Shown here one piece after another: positions 26,802 to 40,437 of a stretch of DNA of 64,000 nt (position 1 is the first letter of the stretch; each line of letters begins with the position of its first letter). The position numbers were made by a program, and so were the translations under genes. Origin of the DNA: Octopus bimaculoides (lineage: Eukaryota); NCBI RefSeq assembly GCF_001194135.2, contig NC_068986.1:77664317-77728316 (forward strand). The letters run 5' to 3'. Under the pieces are notes generated by a model. That model had not been told where the DNA came from, did not search any database, and was given only the letters and a program-made list of their open reading frames with translations.

Positions 26802-28361
26802 CATATAAATATATATACATACATATATACATATGCAGAGGTTATCAAGTGGTGGTGGCTCCCTCCACACCACATATGTAATGAGCTTTCACACAGTTTC
26901 CATCCACCAAATTCACTCACAATACATTGGTCAGCCTGAAGTTATAGTAGAAGACATTTGCCCAAGGTACCATGCAGTAGGAATGAGCCCCAAACCTTAT
27001 GGTTGCAAAGTGAATTTCTTTACCACACAGTCATGCTAACAAGAAGTAAGTCAAGGAGAAAAACCTGGTGCTAAGATAAGCTTCAGAAAGTATAAAAAGA
27101 AAGAACTAGGAATTTGACAAGACAAATCATTGCATAAACTTCACTTAACCGATGACATTTTGGAATAATGAAGATTTGCAATGATGATAATTATAATTAT
27201 GACAGCAACAATTATGATGTAGAATAAGACACCATGAGGTAGTGACAAAGTCATAATTATTGTCTATGAAAAAATAATTAATAAAGGATTTATCATTACA
27301 GGAATATATAATTTTCAAGAATTTTACCAAAATATTTTTTGAGTATTTTTTGCTTAGTCCTTAGACTTAAGTACTTTAGCACTTATCCTTTTATTTGAAA
27401 AATTCAAATTTTAAAAGAAATGTTCATTTTCTAGTCTATGCTATTTCTTACACAAGATCTAAAAACAAGAGAGAGAGATAGGGGGGAAAGAGAGGGAGGG
27501 AGAGAGAGAGGAAGCAGGAGAGAGAGAGAGAATTTGATTAAAACAACTAAAATTATTCATAACAAAGAAACAAGAACAATTAATCTAATTCTTCATTTAT
27601 TCTGAATCAGTAGAAACCTTTCAAGTAGAAAAAGGGAAGGAAAAAAATGTGTTGTTTTAAATCAACAGGGGACAAATCTTTCAATAATATTGACACAGAA
27701 TGTTAAATTGATTAGATATCTTGATGAGAGTAAAAACATTAATCTTAACTGAAACATGCAAACAAGGTTTGATTATCTTGAAAAGTTTTAAAGTGTTATG
27801 CAAAGAGACCATGATATTTGGAGAGAGGCAAATGAAATGTTAAGAGTATCAAATGTAAAGTTACTGTTGGGTAGATTGTTTTTAAAACAGTTGATGCCAG
27901 TAGATGAGAATTTAAGAATTTAAAAGAAAAATCTGTAAATGTATTAGGTATGTCTACTCTTTGAAACTTGAACTTATCTAAATCTATATCAAGATTTAAT
28001 TTACATCTAATTTTTTTTTTGTGTATCCTTTCATTTCCATTTTACACTTTAATGCAGATGCATTTTCTTTCTTTTTTGTTTCTTCCTTCCTTCATTCTTT
28101 CTTTCCCCCAACTCTCTCTTTCTCAAACACAGAATTTGAATGAAAATGCAATAATTCATCCCAATCTATCCAAGATGAATTAAATTATGGATATCTTCTG
28201 CTGACTGATCAAGAATGATACAATGTTTGTTTTTTTCTGTCATGTAATGATTATCACATTTGCCTGGAAAGTAGGATGAGTAAAAGTGTCTGCATGTATG
28301 TGCGTATGCATTTGTGGTTGTGTGCACATGTATATGTTTGTGCATGTATATAAATATATAC

Positions 28362-28738
28362 ATACTCTCTTTTACTCTTTTACTTGTTTCAGTCATTTGA
28401 CTGTGGCCATGCTGGGGCACTGCCTTTAGTTGAGCAAATCGACCCCAGGACTTCTTCTTTGTAAGCCTAGTACTTATTCTATCGGTCTCTTTTTGCTGAA
28501 CAGCTAAGTTACTGGGACGTGAACACTCCAGCATTGGTTGTCAAGCGATGGTGGGGGGGGACAAACACAGACACACAAACACATATACATATATATATAT
28601 ATGACAGGCTTCTTTCAGTTTCCGTCTACCAAATCCACTCACAAGGCATTGGTCGGCCCGAGGCTATAGTAGAAGACACCTGCCCAAGGTGCCACAAAGC
28701 GGGACTGAACCCGGAACCATGTGGTTGGTAAGCAAGCT
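28362..28738 (-). mobile_element. tRNA-derived SINE of a family carrying an internal (TA/TG) microsatellite
   Basis: Head with B box ggttccgggttcagtccc and tail (aagagtaa)n. Related copies at about 26840-27030, 30690-31040, 56715-56870, 57990-58190 and 59600-59760. Confidence 0.8.
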
Positions 28739-28959
28739 NNNNNNNNNNNNNNNNNNNNNNNNNNNNNNNNNNNNNNNNNNNNNNNNNNNNNNNNNNNNNN
28801 NNNNNNNNNNNNNNNNNNNNNNNNNNNNNNNNNNNNNNNNNNNNNNNNNNNNNNNNNNNNNNNNNNNNNNNNNNNNNNNNNNNNNNNNNNNNNNNNNNNN
28901 NNNNNNNNNNNNNNNNNNNNNNNNNNNNNNNNNNNNNNNNNNNNNNNNNNNNNNNTATA

Positions 28960-28993
<34 letters not shown>

Positions 28994-29144
28994 AAAAATA
29001 TAAGTATATATTCATATTTGCATATATGTATTATATATATATATAGTGAGAGAGAGAGAGAGAGAGCAAGAGGGAGAGAGAGAGAGCGGGAGGGGTAGAG
29101 AGAGGGAGAGAGGGGGTAGAAAGGGAGAGAGTGAGGGTAAGAAA

Positions 29145-29310
29145 ATTGTAGATGTTCCCCTGTGATATAGAGACCATTGTATATAAGATGGAGATCAAAT
29201 CTCTATACAGGTGCTGTGGCACTACCTCAATGTTGTATACTGGTATGACAGAAGGTTTCTTCAAAAGAAGATGTTACAATCACACCCCTTCTTTCAGAAA
29301 CACAATAATT
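29145..29310 (+). mobile_element. Penelope-like element GIY-YIG endonuclease fragment
   Basis: Translates ...IVYKMEIK...LYTGMTEGFFKRRCYNHTPSFRN, matching the IVY..YIG.T...FK.RY.NH..SF pattern. Confidence 0.65.
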
Positions 29311-29394
29311 ATATAATATACTTGCACACACACATTTATTGATGGAAAAAAAGATATAGATACATTAAGTATACTTATACACACATGAATGCAT

Positions 29395-29470
<76 letters not shown>

Positions 29471-30180
29471 CAGATAAATAAATAGGTAAATTGATAGTGA
29501 GAGGGAATGAAAGAGAGAGAGAGAGAAAAAGACAGAGAGAGATATAGATAGAGGGAGAGAGAGAGAATGAAAAAGAATGGAGTGAATGAAAATCATGTTT
29601 TTTTTTTATCTATATACTCATGATTTTGTAGTGCATTGGTTAATCTAGTTTTCCAAAGGTTAAGAGAAACACATATTCAATCAATTGTAAAATCTTCTCT
29701 GATGCTTATATGAAGAAGAAACGAAAAATGATTCTGGCAGAAAACAATGTTGTAGGCAGTTGCTAAGTTACCATCAACACTTTACATCAAAAGCTAAAAA
29801 GGTAGGAGGAGAAGGAGGGAGGGACAATATTAAATATTGATAATATTGTTTTATCAAGAATAGATCATCTTGTCATCAACTAGAAATAGAACTGTCCCTA
29901 TGGGTGGTGGTGAGAGAGAAAGAGAGAGAGACGAAGAAAGAGACTGAGTGTAGGGAAAGAAGGAAAGAGAAAGGGAGGAAGAGTCAGGAGGACGTGGAGA
30001 AAGAGAGAGAAAATGAAAGTGAATGTGAGAGAGAAAAAGGGGAGATAAGAGAAAGAAAATGAAAGTAAGAAGAAAAAGAGAGAGGGAATAATGAAAAGTG
30101 AGAGAAAGAAAGAGAAAGAGTGGGACAGAAAGAAAGAGAAGGAGAGAGGGAAAAGGGCACGAAGAGAGGAGAATGAAAGA

Positions 30181-30230
<50 letters not shown>

Positions 30231-30411
30231 GAGAAGGAAGATAAAGTTATTTTTGTATGCAGGGTTGTGGAGGAGGGAATGGAGGAAGAAAATAGAAGGG
30301 AAAAGAAAGGAAGGAGAAATAAAAGTGGCAAGAAAATAGGTGTAAGTTAAGAAAGACAGGTAAAGAGAAATTCATTTAATTTATGCAGAAAGGAAAAGTA
30401 CAAAGCAAAGG

Positions 30412-30450
<39 letters not shown>

Positions 30451-31054
30451 NNNNNNNNNNTGCTCCACTCTCAGACATACACGCAAACACGTAGACAGAG
30501 ATGGAAAAAGCAATAGATTAAAATTTAAAATGCACTAAAAGTTAAAGGAATAAAAAGTAAAAATAAAACGCAAGGAAAAGATACAGAAATATATTTTACA
30601 AATAGAATAAATTTCATAAAAATAAATTATTCACATGTTTGCTTGCTAATCATGTAATTATTATTATTTTAAAAATTAATTTTTTATAGGAACGGACATG
30701 GCAGTGTGGTAAGAAGTTTGCCTCCTAACTACATGGTTCTGGATTCAGTCTCACTGCATGGCACTTGGGTAGGTGTCTTCTACTATAGTCCTGGATCAAC
30801 CAAAACCTTAAGACTGTAATAAATATATATATATATATACATATAGACATATGCACGCTCTCTCTCATGCACACACACACACACACATGTGTGCATGTGC
30901 CTTTGTGTCTGTGTTTGTCTCCTTACCCATTTCAGAATTGGTATTAGTGTGCTTACATTCCTGTCACTTAGTGGTTCAAAAGAAGAGACTGATAGAAAAA
31001 ATATCAGACTTAAGAAGAAAAGAGTGCAGTGAACTAAGGTAACACCTCTTATTT

Positions 31055-31640
31055 TTCGAGCACCTTCCTGAGTATTTGAGCAGTTCCAAGCAGTGTTGTT
31101 TTCTGCAAGTGCTCCACCCTTATTGCTGCCCCTATTTGTTCCCTGTAGTTCTCAAGATTTTTACTCACTCTTCTCAGGACAATTATTGGTACTACTACCA
31201 CCTTTTTTTATCGACCGCAACTGCTTAACCTTCCAAGCTAGCATTTTATATCTATTGACATTTCTTTCTTCCTTATTGCATACCTTGTTGTCAGCTGGGC
31301 ATGCTATATCTATGATTCAGCATAGTTTGCCTTCTTTCTCAATTAAGACTATGTCTGGCTTCGTATTCTCTATCTCATGGCCACACTGAATCATAAAATC
31401 CCATAGGATCTTTGCATTATCATTTTCGATGATGCCTTCAGGTTTGTGGTCATATCAATTTTTTGCTCTGTCAAGTCCATACTTGTTGCAAAGTGTCCAA
31501 TGGACAAGCCTTGTTATATAGTCGTGTAGTCTCTTATATTCGTTCTGGGCTAGTGGCGTACATTGGCTGATAATATGCCAAACTGTTTCACCATTTTGTC
31601 CAAAGATTCTGCACTAATCACTTTCTGATGCATTGTCTAT
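31055..31640 (-). mobile_element. 5'-truncated REL-endonuclease non-LTR retrotransposon (R4/Dong-like), degraded
   Basis: About 85% similar by eye to 43232-43812; encodes HW.L.NKYGLDRAK.WY.HKPEGI.EN..AK.LWDFMIQC.HE.E. Adjacent to a (TTA/TTG)n tract. Confidence 0.8.
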
Positions 31641-31794
31641 TCTGTATTTTATGTAGTTTGCTCTTTATCATTATCATTATTATTATTATTATTGTTGTTG
31701 TTGTTGTTGTTGTTGTTATTGTTGTTGTTATCATTATTATTATTATTATTATCAATATTATTATTGTTGTTGTTGTTGTTGCTTGGTTCTAAAA

Positions 31795-32535
31795 TCCAAT
31801 GAATGTGGCTAACCTCACCCAATGGATTTCTGTCTGCCATTTGTTGCATAAATATAAAGAAAATGAACCTCTTTCTATTTTTTAAGAGAATGGTGATAGG
31901 GGACAAAAAATGGAATATCTATAACAGTTTGAAGTGCCAACAATCATGAAGGAGGAGTGGTGAACCACCAAATACAATCTCCAGAGAAGGACTTCACCTG
32001 AAGAAGGTTATACTTTCAATTTGGTGGGATTGGAAGGCTGTTGTATTTTATGAGCTTCTTCCTACACTCATGACTATTAATTTAGATATTTACTGTGACT
32101 AGCTGGACAAACTGAATGCTGCGATCCACCAGAAGTGTCCTGCACTAACTAATCATAAGGGCATTTGTCTTTCATCACATCAATGCCAGATTGCACACTT
32201 CTTTGCACACTGGGCTTGGCTGGGAAGTTTAGCCACACACTCCATATTTGCCTGACTTTGAGCCTTTAGGTTTCCTACTCTTTCTGTCTCTTCAAAACTC
32301 ATTGAATGGAGACTGTCAAGTCTGAAAAAGATGTAAAAATACACCTGGAAGAGATTTTTGCCAGTAATGACAAGAAATTCTTTGAGTAGGAAATAATGGA
32401 TCTGTCTACAAGATAGCAGAAGATACTGGAACAAAGCAATAATTATATCATTGACTGAATAGATAGTTTGTATTTAAAACTTGTGCATCATTTTCACTTA
32501 TAAAACTGAATGGACAGTTTGGCCAATGCAATATA
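31795..32535 (+). mobile_element. mariner transposase pseudogene with 3' TIR remnant
   Basis: RMVIGDKKW (TGDEKW), KKVILSIWWDWKAVVFYELLP, YCD*LDKL, degraded HDNAR and YSPDL motifs. Ends tttggccaatgcaata followed by TA. Confidence 0.85.
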
Positions 32536-32547
32536 TATCTCTCTTTC

Positions 32548-32583
<36 letters not shown>

Positions 32584-33039
32584 CACTCATGCACGCACAC
32601 ACACATTATATAAGTGTATGTATGTGTGTATGTATATCTGTCTATCTATTGTCTGTCTATAAATATAAGTAAAACTAACTGTAAATATACACATCTATAT
32701 CTAATGATCTATAACTAATGCGAAGAGACACTTGCTTAAAAATAAAATCAAGTTATTTTTTGAAATAAATAGATAATGTATTTTATTACCAGACATAGTC
32801 ATGTATCTAGAAGTCAGACATTCATCCAGAATTAACTTAATGAAATGAGCTGTTATAGTAATTATAGGAATAAATATTTCAAAGTTATACAGTTATACTC
32901 AAAATAATTCTTTTGTGAAAAGTGATTAACCAGAGCTCAAATTAAAAGTGGGGAATGAATAAGCAATGATAAATATGCTTCTGGTCAGCATGTCTAAAGA
33001 GATGTCAGTTTTGTCTAATGGCAATATTTGATGGAAGAC

Positions 33040-33340
33040 TGATGGTAACACACATCTGGGTACTAGAAAAGCTCGGTTGAGAGATGACACTTCGGCGAAG
33101 CATCGAGAAGTGGAAGCTACAGTTCTTTGGCCACGTCATGTGTTGGTATGGACTTGAGCGAACAATCATAACTGGCAAGGTGAACGGCAGATGTAAAAGA
33201 GGCAGACCACCCGCTTCTTGGCTGAATGACATCGCAGCCACAGGATTGTCTTTATTCTCAGCTGTCCATGGGGTAGAGGACAGGAGAAGGTGGCAAGACA
33301 TGATGACCACAGCATCGCATAGTGCGACACCTGACTAGGA
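33040..33340 (+). mobile_element. RTE-LINE ORF2 C-terminal fragment
   Basis: KLQFFGHV...GLERTIITGKVNGRCKRGRPPASWLNDI...EDRRRW is a typical RTE C-terminus; (TATG)n tail. Confidence 0.85.
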
Positions 33341-33354
33341 GAGAAAGAGAGCTG

Positions 33355-33388
<34 letters not shown>

Positions 33389-33409
33389 TGTATGTATGTG
33401 TGAATATAT

Positions 33410-33869
33410 AGAAGCCCTCGCTTCAGATTGAGTTGGATGGTGAACAAGGGTGTGGAGTGGAGTGAAAGCGTTTGAAGAGGCCAGGATGATGCAAGCAGGA
33501 CTCAAGAGATATTCAAGGAAAAATGTAAAGATCGAGAAGGTGAATGACAAGGACCTTTTTGTGTGCACAGTCTGTGACAGATCATGCCTGTCTTTGGCTG
33601 GCCTCAAATCTCACCTGCGAACCCATGGAAAACAAACTTCAACCAGCTATTCTGATTATATGTCTGTGCACACGTTTGAATGTGGTGTGTGCCAGAGGGC
33701 TTGCAAATCCAATGGGGGTCTTAAAAGACATGTTAGGATCCACAATGAGCAGAACTTACCTACAGGTATTGATTGTACAAATAAGAGGTGCAATCTGTGT
33801 GGGTGTTTTTTCAAAACACTGTCTGGTTTAAAAAGCTACATCAGATGCCATGAAAGGGCTAAGGTGTAG
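33410..33869 (+). mobile_element. Second RTE-type LINE 3' end encoding three C2H2-type zinc fingers
   Basis: EALASD*VGW*TRVWSGVKAFEE (E.LA.DR..WR..V..GV..FE) then CTVC-x12-H-x3-H, CGVC-x12-H-x3-H and CNLC-x12-Y-x3-H. Confidence 0.75.
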
Positions 33870-34288
33870 GTGCAGGAGGTGGTCAAACTCTGTGTAAGGA
33901 GTAGACAACAACCATAACCACCATGTATGTATGTATGTATGTACGTACATATGGATTATATATATTTGTATGTATGTATGTATGTAAAAGTGTATGGCTT
34001 AGTGGTTTGGGTGTTGCACTCAAGATTGCAACATCATGAGTTTGATTTCCAGACTGGGCATTCCAATGTGTTTTTGAGCAAAACACTTCATGTTATGTTG
34101 CTCTGCAATCATTTCACCATTTGACATGTGGAACATTGTGCACTTGAACATGTAATGTTGATTCAATGGAGGCAGTGAACTTATGTGAACACAAAAATTT
34201 GATCATTCTAAACAAATCATCTGTGTGGTTCTTTGGCGAGAAATTGCAGAACCCTCATATGTTGTTTAACAATAGGAGAGTCCAAATC

Positions 34289-34328
<40 letters not shown>

Positions 34329-34343
34329 ATATCTGTCCGTCTT

Positions 34344-34403
<60 letters not shown>

Positions 34404-35593
34404 CACGCACACACACACACACACACACATACACACACGCATATATGGCACTCCATCAGTTGTGATGACATGGGTTCCAGCTTATCTGATCGATGTAACA
34501 GTTGGCTTGTGAAATTAACTTGCAAATGGCTGAGTATTCCAAAACCACGTGTACCCTTAATGTAGTTCTCAGAGAGATTCAGCATGACACAGTGTGTGAC
34601 AAAGCTGACCCTTTGAAATACAGGTACTACTCATTTTTGTCAGCTGAGTGGACTGGAGCAACGTGAAATAATGTCTTGCTTAAGGACACAACACGTCACC
34701 AGGAATTGAACTCATAATCTTACAATCTTAAGCTGAATACCTTAACCACTAAGCCACATGCTTTCACACACACACATATCATCATCATCATCGTCACCAC
34801 TTAACATTCTTGTTCCATGGGGTAGACAGTTTGACAAGATCCAATGGCTCCCAAAACTGCAACATGCTCCACTGTCTACATTGGCACAGTTTTATGGCTG
34901 GAAATTCTTCCTAATGCCTACCACTTTACTGTGTAAATTTTTCTGTGCCACCAGCACATCTCAGCACACACACACACACACACACACAACATGCTTTGTA
35001 TTGTTTCCATTTACCAAATTCACTCACACGGCATTGGTTGATATAAGTGTTCTTCCTTACAGTTACCATATCCAAGTTTCATATGAACATAACATGTTCT
35101 GCTAACTTTACAATTCAGTCAATCCAGTCAAGATGACATAAACAGCTTTTCCATTAAAGATAGTGCAATGTCATTAAAGGAAATATGAATAGCATATTTG
35201 GATTAAAAGTTAAGAACAGAACTGAAATTCATGATTGAATTCAGTAAAGGGGTTCTCAGCAACTATTTCTTACATATTTAACTTCCATTGCTCTTTACTG
35301 AAACAAAGACAGAATAACAAAAAGTGTCAATATAATTCAGTAATTAATTTACTATTTTGTTAGCAACTAATCATGTATTTAGTGCTGTATGACATTAGCA
35401 GAGCACTTTCTTGAGTTCTTTCTATAAAGTTTATAGAATTTGAGATTCTATACAATTTGAAACAAAGATCCTCTGGGATTAATTAACTGACTAGATCCCA
35501 AAATTAAACAAATTCATAATCATATTCTAAATTTTAATACTCAAACTTGTTTCTGGGAAATTTATGCACACACACACACACACACACACACAT

Positions 35594-35627
<34 letters not shown>

Positions 35628-35704
35628 TTTCTGTCAGAAATAAGCTTTATGTGTATAAATATAAATAAATAAATNNNNNNNNNNNNNNNNNNNNNNNNNN
35701 NTAT

Positions 35705-36640
35705 GTAGAGTGAAAGGTAGATTGTATGATGCATGTGTGTGAACTGCCATGCTTCACAGCTGTGAAACATGGGTCGTGTGACTGCTGAAGACATGCGTAG
35801 GCTCAAAAGAAATAAAACTAGCATGATCCTCTGGATATGTAATGTCAGTGTGCACACATGACAGAGTGTAAGCACCCTGAAAGAAATGTTAGACATAAGA
35901 AGCATCAGATGTGGTGTGCAAGAGAGACGTTTGCGTTGGTATGGTCATGTACTGTGGATGGATGAGGAGAGCTGTGTGAAGAAGTACCACTCTCAAACAG
36001 TGGAAGGAGTCCGGGGTAGAGGGAGACCCAGGAAAACATGGTATGAGGTGGTCAAGCATGACCTTCGAACGTTGGGCCTTACAGAGGCAATGACAAAAGA
36101 CTGAGACCCCTGGAGGTATGCTGTGACTGAGAAGACCCGGCAAATAAAGTGAGTCCACAGCTGTAACCTACACCAGTGTCACATAACCAGCTCACTCAAA
36201 AGTACCTTGGACCGTAGGGTGACATGCCATGCTTGAGGAGACCTATTGAGTCAAGTACATCAACATCAGCAATATCAAAATCAAATTAAATGGAAACTGT
36301 AGTTGTGATCCCTGTGCTGATAGCACGTAAAAAGCACTATCCGAACGTGGCCAATGCAAGTGCTGCCTTGACTAGCTTCCATGTCGGTGACATGTAAAAA
36401 GCACCATCTGATTGTGGTCAATGCCAGCTCCTCTGGTTCCTTGTGACAGTGGCACGTAAAAAGCACCCGCTACACTCTCTGAGTGGTTGGCGTTAGGAAG
36501 GGCATCCAGCTGTATAAACACTGCCAGATCAGATTGGGGCCTAGTGCCGCCTCTTGGCTTCCCAGACCCCAGTCGAACCGTCCAGCCCATGCCAGCATGG
36601 GAAACGGACGTTAAACGGTGATGATGATGATGATGATGAT
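35705..36640 (+). mobile_element. RTE-LINE 3' part: ORF2 end plus 3' UTR and (GAT)n tail
   Basis: YDACVRTAMLHSCETW...RRLRWYGHVL...EGVRGRGRPRKTW.EVVKHDL, followed by the abundant tail sequence. Confidence 0.9.
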
Positions 36641-36705
36641 GTATATATTTATATGTATAGAGTATATATGTAAATATATTTACACATACATACATAACCT
36701 CCCCA

Positions 36706-36752
<47 letters not shown>

Positions 36753-37477
36753 NNNNNNNNNNNNNNNNNNNNNNNNNNNNNNNNNNNNNNNNNNNNNNNN
36801 NNNNNNNNNNNNNNNNNNNNNNNNNNNNNNNNNNNNNNNNNNNNNNNNNNNNNNNNNNNNNNNNNNNNNNNNNNNNNNNNNNNNNNNNNNNNNNNNNNNN
36901 NNNNNNNNNNNNNNNNNNNNNNNNNNNNNNNNNNNNNNNNNNNNNNNNNNNNNNNNNNNNNNNNNNNNNNNNNNNNNNNNNNNNNNNNNNNNNNNNNNNN
37001 NNNNNNNNNNNNNNNNNNNNNNNNNNNNNNNNNNNNNNNNNNNNNNNNNNNNNNNNNNNNNNNNNNNNNNNNNNNNNNNNNNNNNNNNNNNNNNNNNNNN
37101 NNNNNNNNNNNNNNNNNNNNNNNNNNNNNNNNNNNNNNNNNNNNNNNNNNNNNNNNNNNNNNNNNNNNNNNNNNNNNNNNNNNNNNNNNNNNNNNNNNNN
37201 NNNNNNNNNNNNNNNNNNNNNNNNNNNNNNNNNNNNNNNNNNNNNNNNNNNNNNNNNNNNNNNNNNNNNNNNNNNNNNNNNNNNNNNNNNNNNNNNNNNN
37301 NNNNNNNNNNNNNNNNNNNNNNNNNNNNNNNNNNNNNNNNNNNNNNNNNNNNNNNNNNNNNNNNNNNNNNNNNNNNNNNNNNNNNNNNNNNNNNNNNNNN
37401 NNNNNNNNNNNNNNNNNNNNNNNNNNNNNNNNNNNNNNNNNNNNNNNNNNNNNNNNNNNNNNNNNNNNNNNNNNNNT

Positions 37478-37640
37478 ACCCAGCTCTTCGAAACGCCGGT
37501 GTTAAAACGGGGGTAGCTGATGAAGGAGAATGTTCTCTATGTGGCTTGTGTGTTTTCTCGTCTACGTTTTGTTTGCAATGTCCTGTACCCAGATATGCAC
37601 CTATACATACAGGTGGATGTCGGTATGCACATACCTGTAC
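37478..37640 (+). mobile_element. Penelope/retrozyme-like terminal fragment
   Basis: GAAACGCCGGTGTT (GAAA plus near-palindrome) followed by CTGATGA; the upstream part lies in a gap. Confidence 0.35.
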
Positions 37641-37672
37641 GTATATATGCATATACTCATTTACTATTTGTT

Positions 37673-37711
<39 letters not shown>

Positions 37712-37712
<1 letters not shown>

Positions 37713-38047
37713 AAGGCGCATGGCTCAGTGGTTAGAGCGTTGAGCTTATGATCTTGAGGTTGTGAGTTTGATTCCCGGACCAGGCTGCGTGTTGTGCTCT
37801 TGAGCAAGACACTTTATTTCACGTTGTCCCAGTTAACTCAGCTGTAAAAATGAGTTGTGACATCACTGGTACCAAGTTGTATCGACCTTTGCCTTTCTCT
37901 TGGAAAACATCAGTGGTGTGGAGAGGGGAGGCTGGTATGCATGGGTGAGTGCTGGCCTTCCATAAACAACCTTGCCTGGACTTGTGCCTCAGAGGGTAAC
38001 TTTCGAGGTGCAATCCCATGGTCATTCATGACCGAAAGGGGTCTCCT

Positions 38048-38050
<3 letters not shown>
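37712..38050 (+). mobile_element. tRNA-derived SINE, full length
   Basis: A box tggctcagtgg, B box gtttgattccc, core ttgagcaagacactttatttcac. Confidence 0.88.
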
Positions 38051-38132
<82 letters not shown>

Positions 38133-38568
38133 AAATAAATGGAGTTAAACGCAGGTGTTATTCAAATTATTTTACTTCCGACATATGTTTCAAAGACAAT
38201 ATTGGTATTATTGGTGTAAAACAATGCAGTCTTCTCATCATGGAAAGAAATAAACCAAACACATCACTAAGACATTTTAACAGAATGTGATGACTGCGTA
38301 TGATGATGAAGGGAACACTATTAAGTTCTTTTAGAAAAACTGTTAGTAGATATAATGTCAAAGGTAGCATATCGAAAGAGAAGGAGAAGAAGGAAAGAAA
38401 TTAGCAGAAAATTAATAGTGGAGAAATATAGAGCGATGGGTGAATTAGAAAAAAGCTTAAACACGTGGAATTAGATATATTTAGTGAATGTGAAATGTAA
38501 GAAGACAATCAAAGGTCGGATTATATAGAATGGTAGAAATCACTGATAGAAACTAAAGGTATGTTTCT

Positions 38569-38799
38569 TATTTCTTTATTGCCCACAAGGGACTAAACAT
38601 AGAAGGGACAAACAAGGACAAACAAAGGGATTAATCGATTACATCGACCTCAGTGCTTAACTGGTACTTAATTTATTGACCCTGAAAGAATCAAAGGCAA
38701 AGTCGACCTTGGCGGAATTGAACTCAGAATGTAACAGCAGACGAAATGCCGCTAAGCATTTCGCCTGGCATGCTAATGTTTCTGCCAGCTCGCCACCTT
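38569..38799 (-). mobile_element. Full-length tRNA-derived SINE (third family) with a perfect 22-bp target-site duplication
   Basis: TAGAAACTAAAGGTATGTTTCT at both 38547-38568 and 38800-38821; minus-strand head ggtggcgagctggcagaa..ctgagttcaattccgcc. Confidence 0.92.
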
Positions 38800-38829
38800 T
38801 AGAAACTAAAGGTATGTTTCTGCCAATGT

Positions 38830-39950
38830 TTGCAACAGTAAACATGTTCTATAAACGTGTTTACAAGGGGATTCTTTCAGAATAGGATATAAAACATTTT
38901 GTGAGTACAAAACGAGCAGAACTGCTTACCTTTATCATACGGTAAAGAAATAGAGAGTATACTCCATTCCAAATTAAATTGTTTATTATGATCTTTTAGA
39001 TACCAGATTAATTTACTAAGCCCTGTATTGTTATATTTATTAATATGCCTAAATGTAGAGTAATGATTAGATGTTCTTTTGGACAATTGAGATGAAGAAC
39101 CACCTATATAAAAAAAGACATCAGAACTGGAAGTAATTTTACCTTGATAAATAGAGTTTTTAGTCTTAGAATTACTGCTAAGAAAACGAATGTGATTGGA
39201 GTTGACTTCAGAAACAATAAACCTGCTGTTACTATTATTTAAAGAATGGTTTGTATTAACAAAATTAATGCTAGTATTTTCAGTAAGTGGATTTGTAATT
39301 AACAACTTATTATTATGTGAAGAGATGATTTGTGAAAGATTTTTTGTGTTAGAAAAACCTATCCTAATTCGGTGTGAGTTAATAATTGAATAGTATCTTG
39401 AATTTCTCAGGAAATTCTTTTCTATAGCCTCACGAAACTGGAAAGGGTAGTTAGATATATGTTATGGACACTGTATTTCAAAATTCATACTGGAAAAGTA
39501 CAATATTCAATTATGCTTATGTAAGGTGCACCATGTTTAGCTGAAAAAGCACACATTCTCATTATGTTGAAGAACAAAACTCACAATTTGAGGTTCAGAT
39601 TCGAATATTTATGAAATGCATGCATCTAACAAATTTCTATTTTCAAACTGGAGGATGACCCATCCCATCCTGCACAAAGTTAGGCACTCATAAGCCTTTT
39701 TCTTATTCAAATGCTTCTACTAGCCATTTTGATATTTCCTCAATACCTCACTAAAACAACGAAGTGTTATTGGCTTGTTATGGATACTTGAACACTCAAA
39801 GCTAAAATATATTACATTTTGTTATATACTCTCAGCATTAACAATATTCTTCCTCCCTATGTAGGACATATTCAAGGTCAACTCAACCATTGTTTCCCGA
39901 TTAAAGGAACATAACCATGCTTACAGGAACAGAATTACCCTGCTTCCCCT
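38830..39950 (-). mobile_element. Penelope-like element: RT thumb end and GIY-YIG endonuclease
   Basis: Open frame FREAIEKNF...IRIGFSNTKNLSQIISSHNNK...SIYQGKIT...FYIGGS...KRTSNHYSTF...TGLSKLIWYLKD...WSIL...PY..G...CSFC. Confidence 0.85.
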
Positions 39951-40354
39951 TAGAATGTTTCTGTATGGGCATTAATATGTGTGTGTGTGTAAATTTTTAC
40001 TTAGAAGTTCATACACTGACACACACATACACATTTGTATACACATGCACAACACACTCATGTACACACACACACTCACACAAATATATATTTATGCATA
40101 TATATATGTGTGTGTATGTAAGTATGCATATATATATTATATATTATATACATATCACAACATCATCAACATCATCATTGTTTAATGCATAAGTAAATGA
40201 TATTATTCAACATAATTTATGTATATATTTTATAAATTTATATTTATGTTTTATACTATATATATATTGCATATAATTGTAGTATTACACTATCTTCTGG
40301 CAAAACGCAGAGTAGACTCAACTTTAGATGTTAAGAATCTTGTACAGAATTTTA

Positions 40355-40392
<38 letters not shown>

Positions 40393-40402
40393 TATATATA
40401 TA

Positions 40403-40437
<35 letters not shown>

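Noticed and set aside
37712-37790. tRNA-like A/B box sequences (here and at other SINE heads)
   Set aside because: They do not fold as complete cloverleaves and continue into SINE bodies, so they are not tRNA genes.
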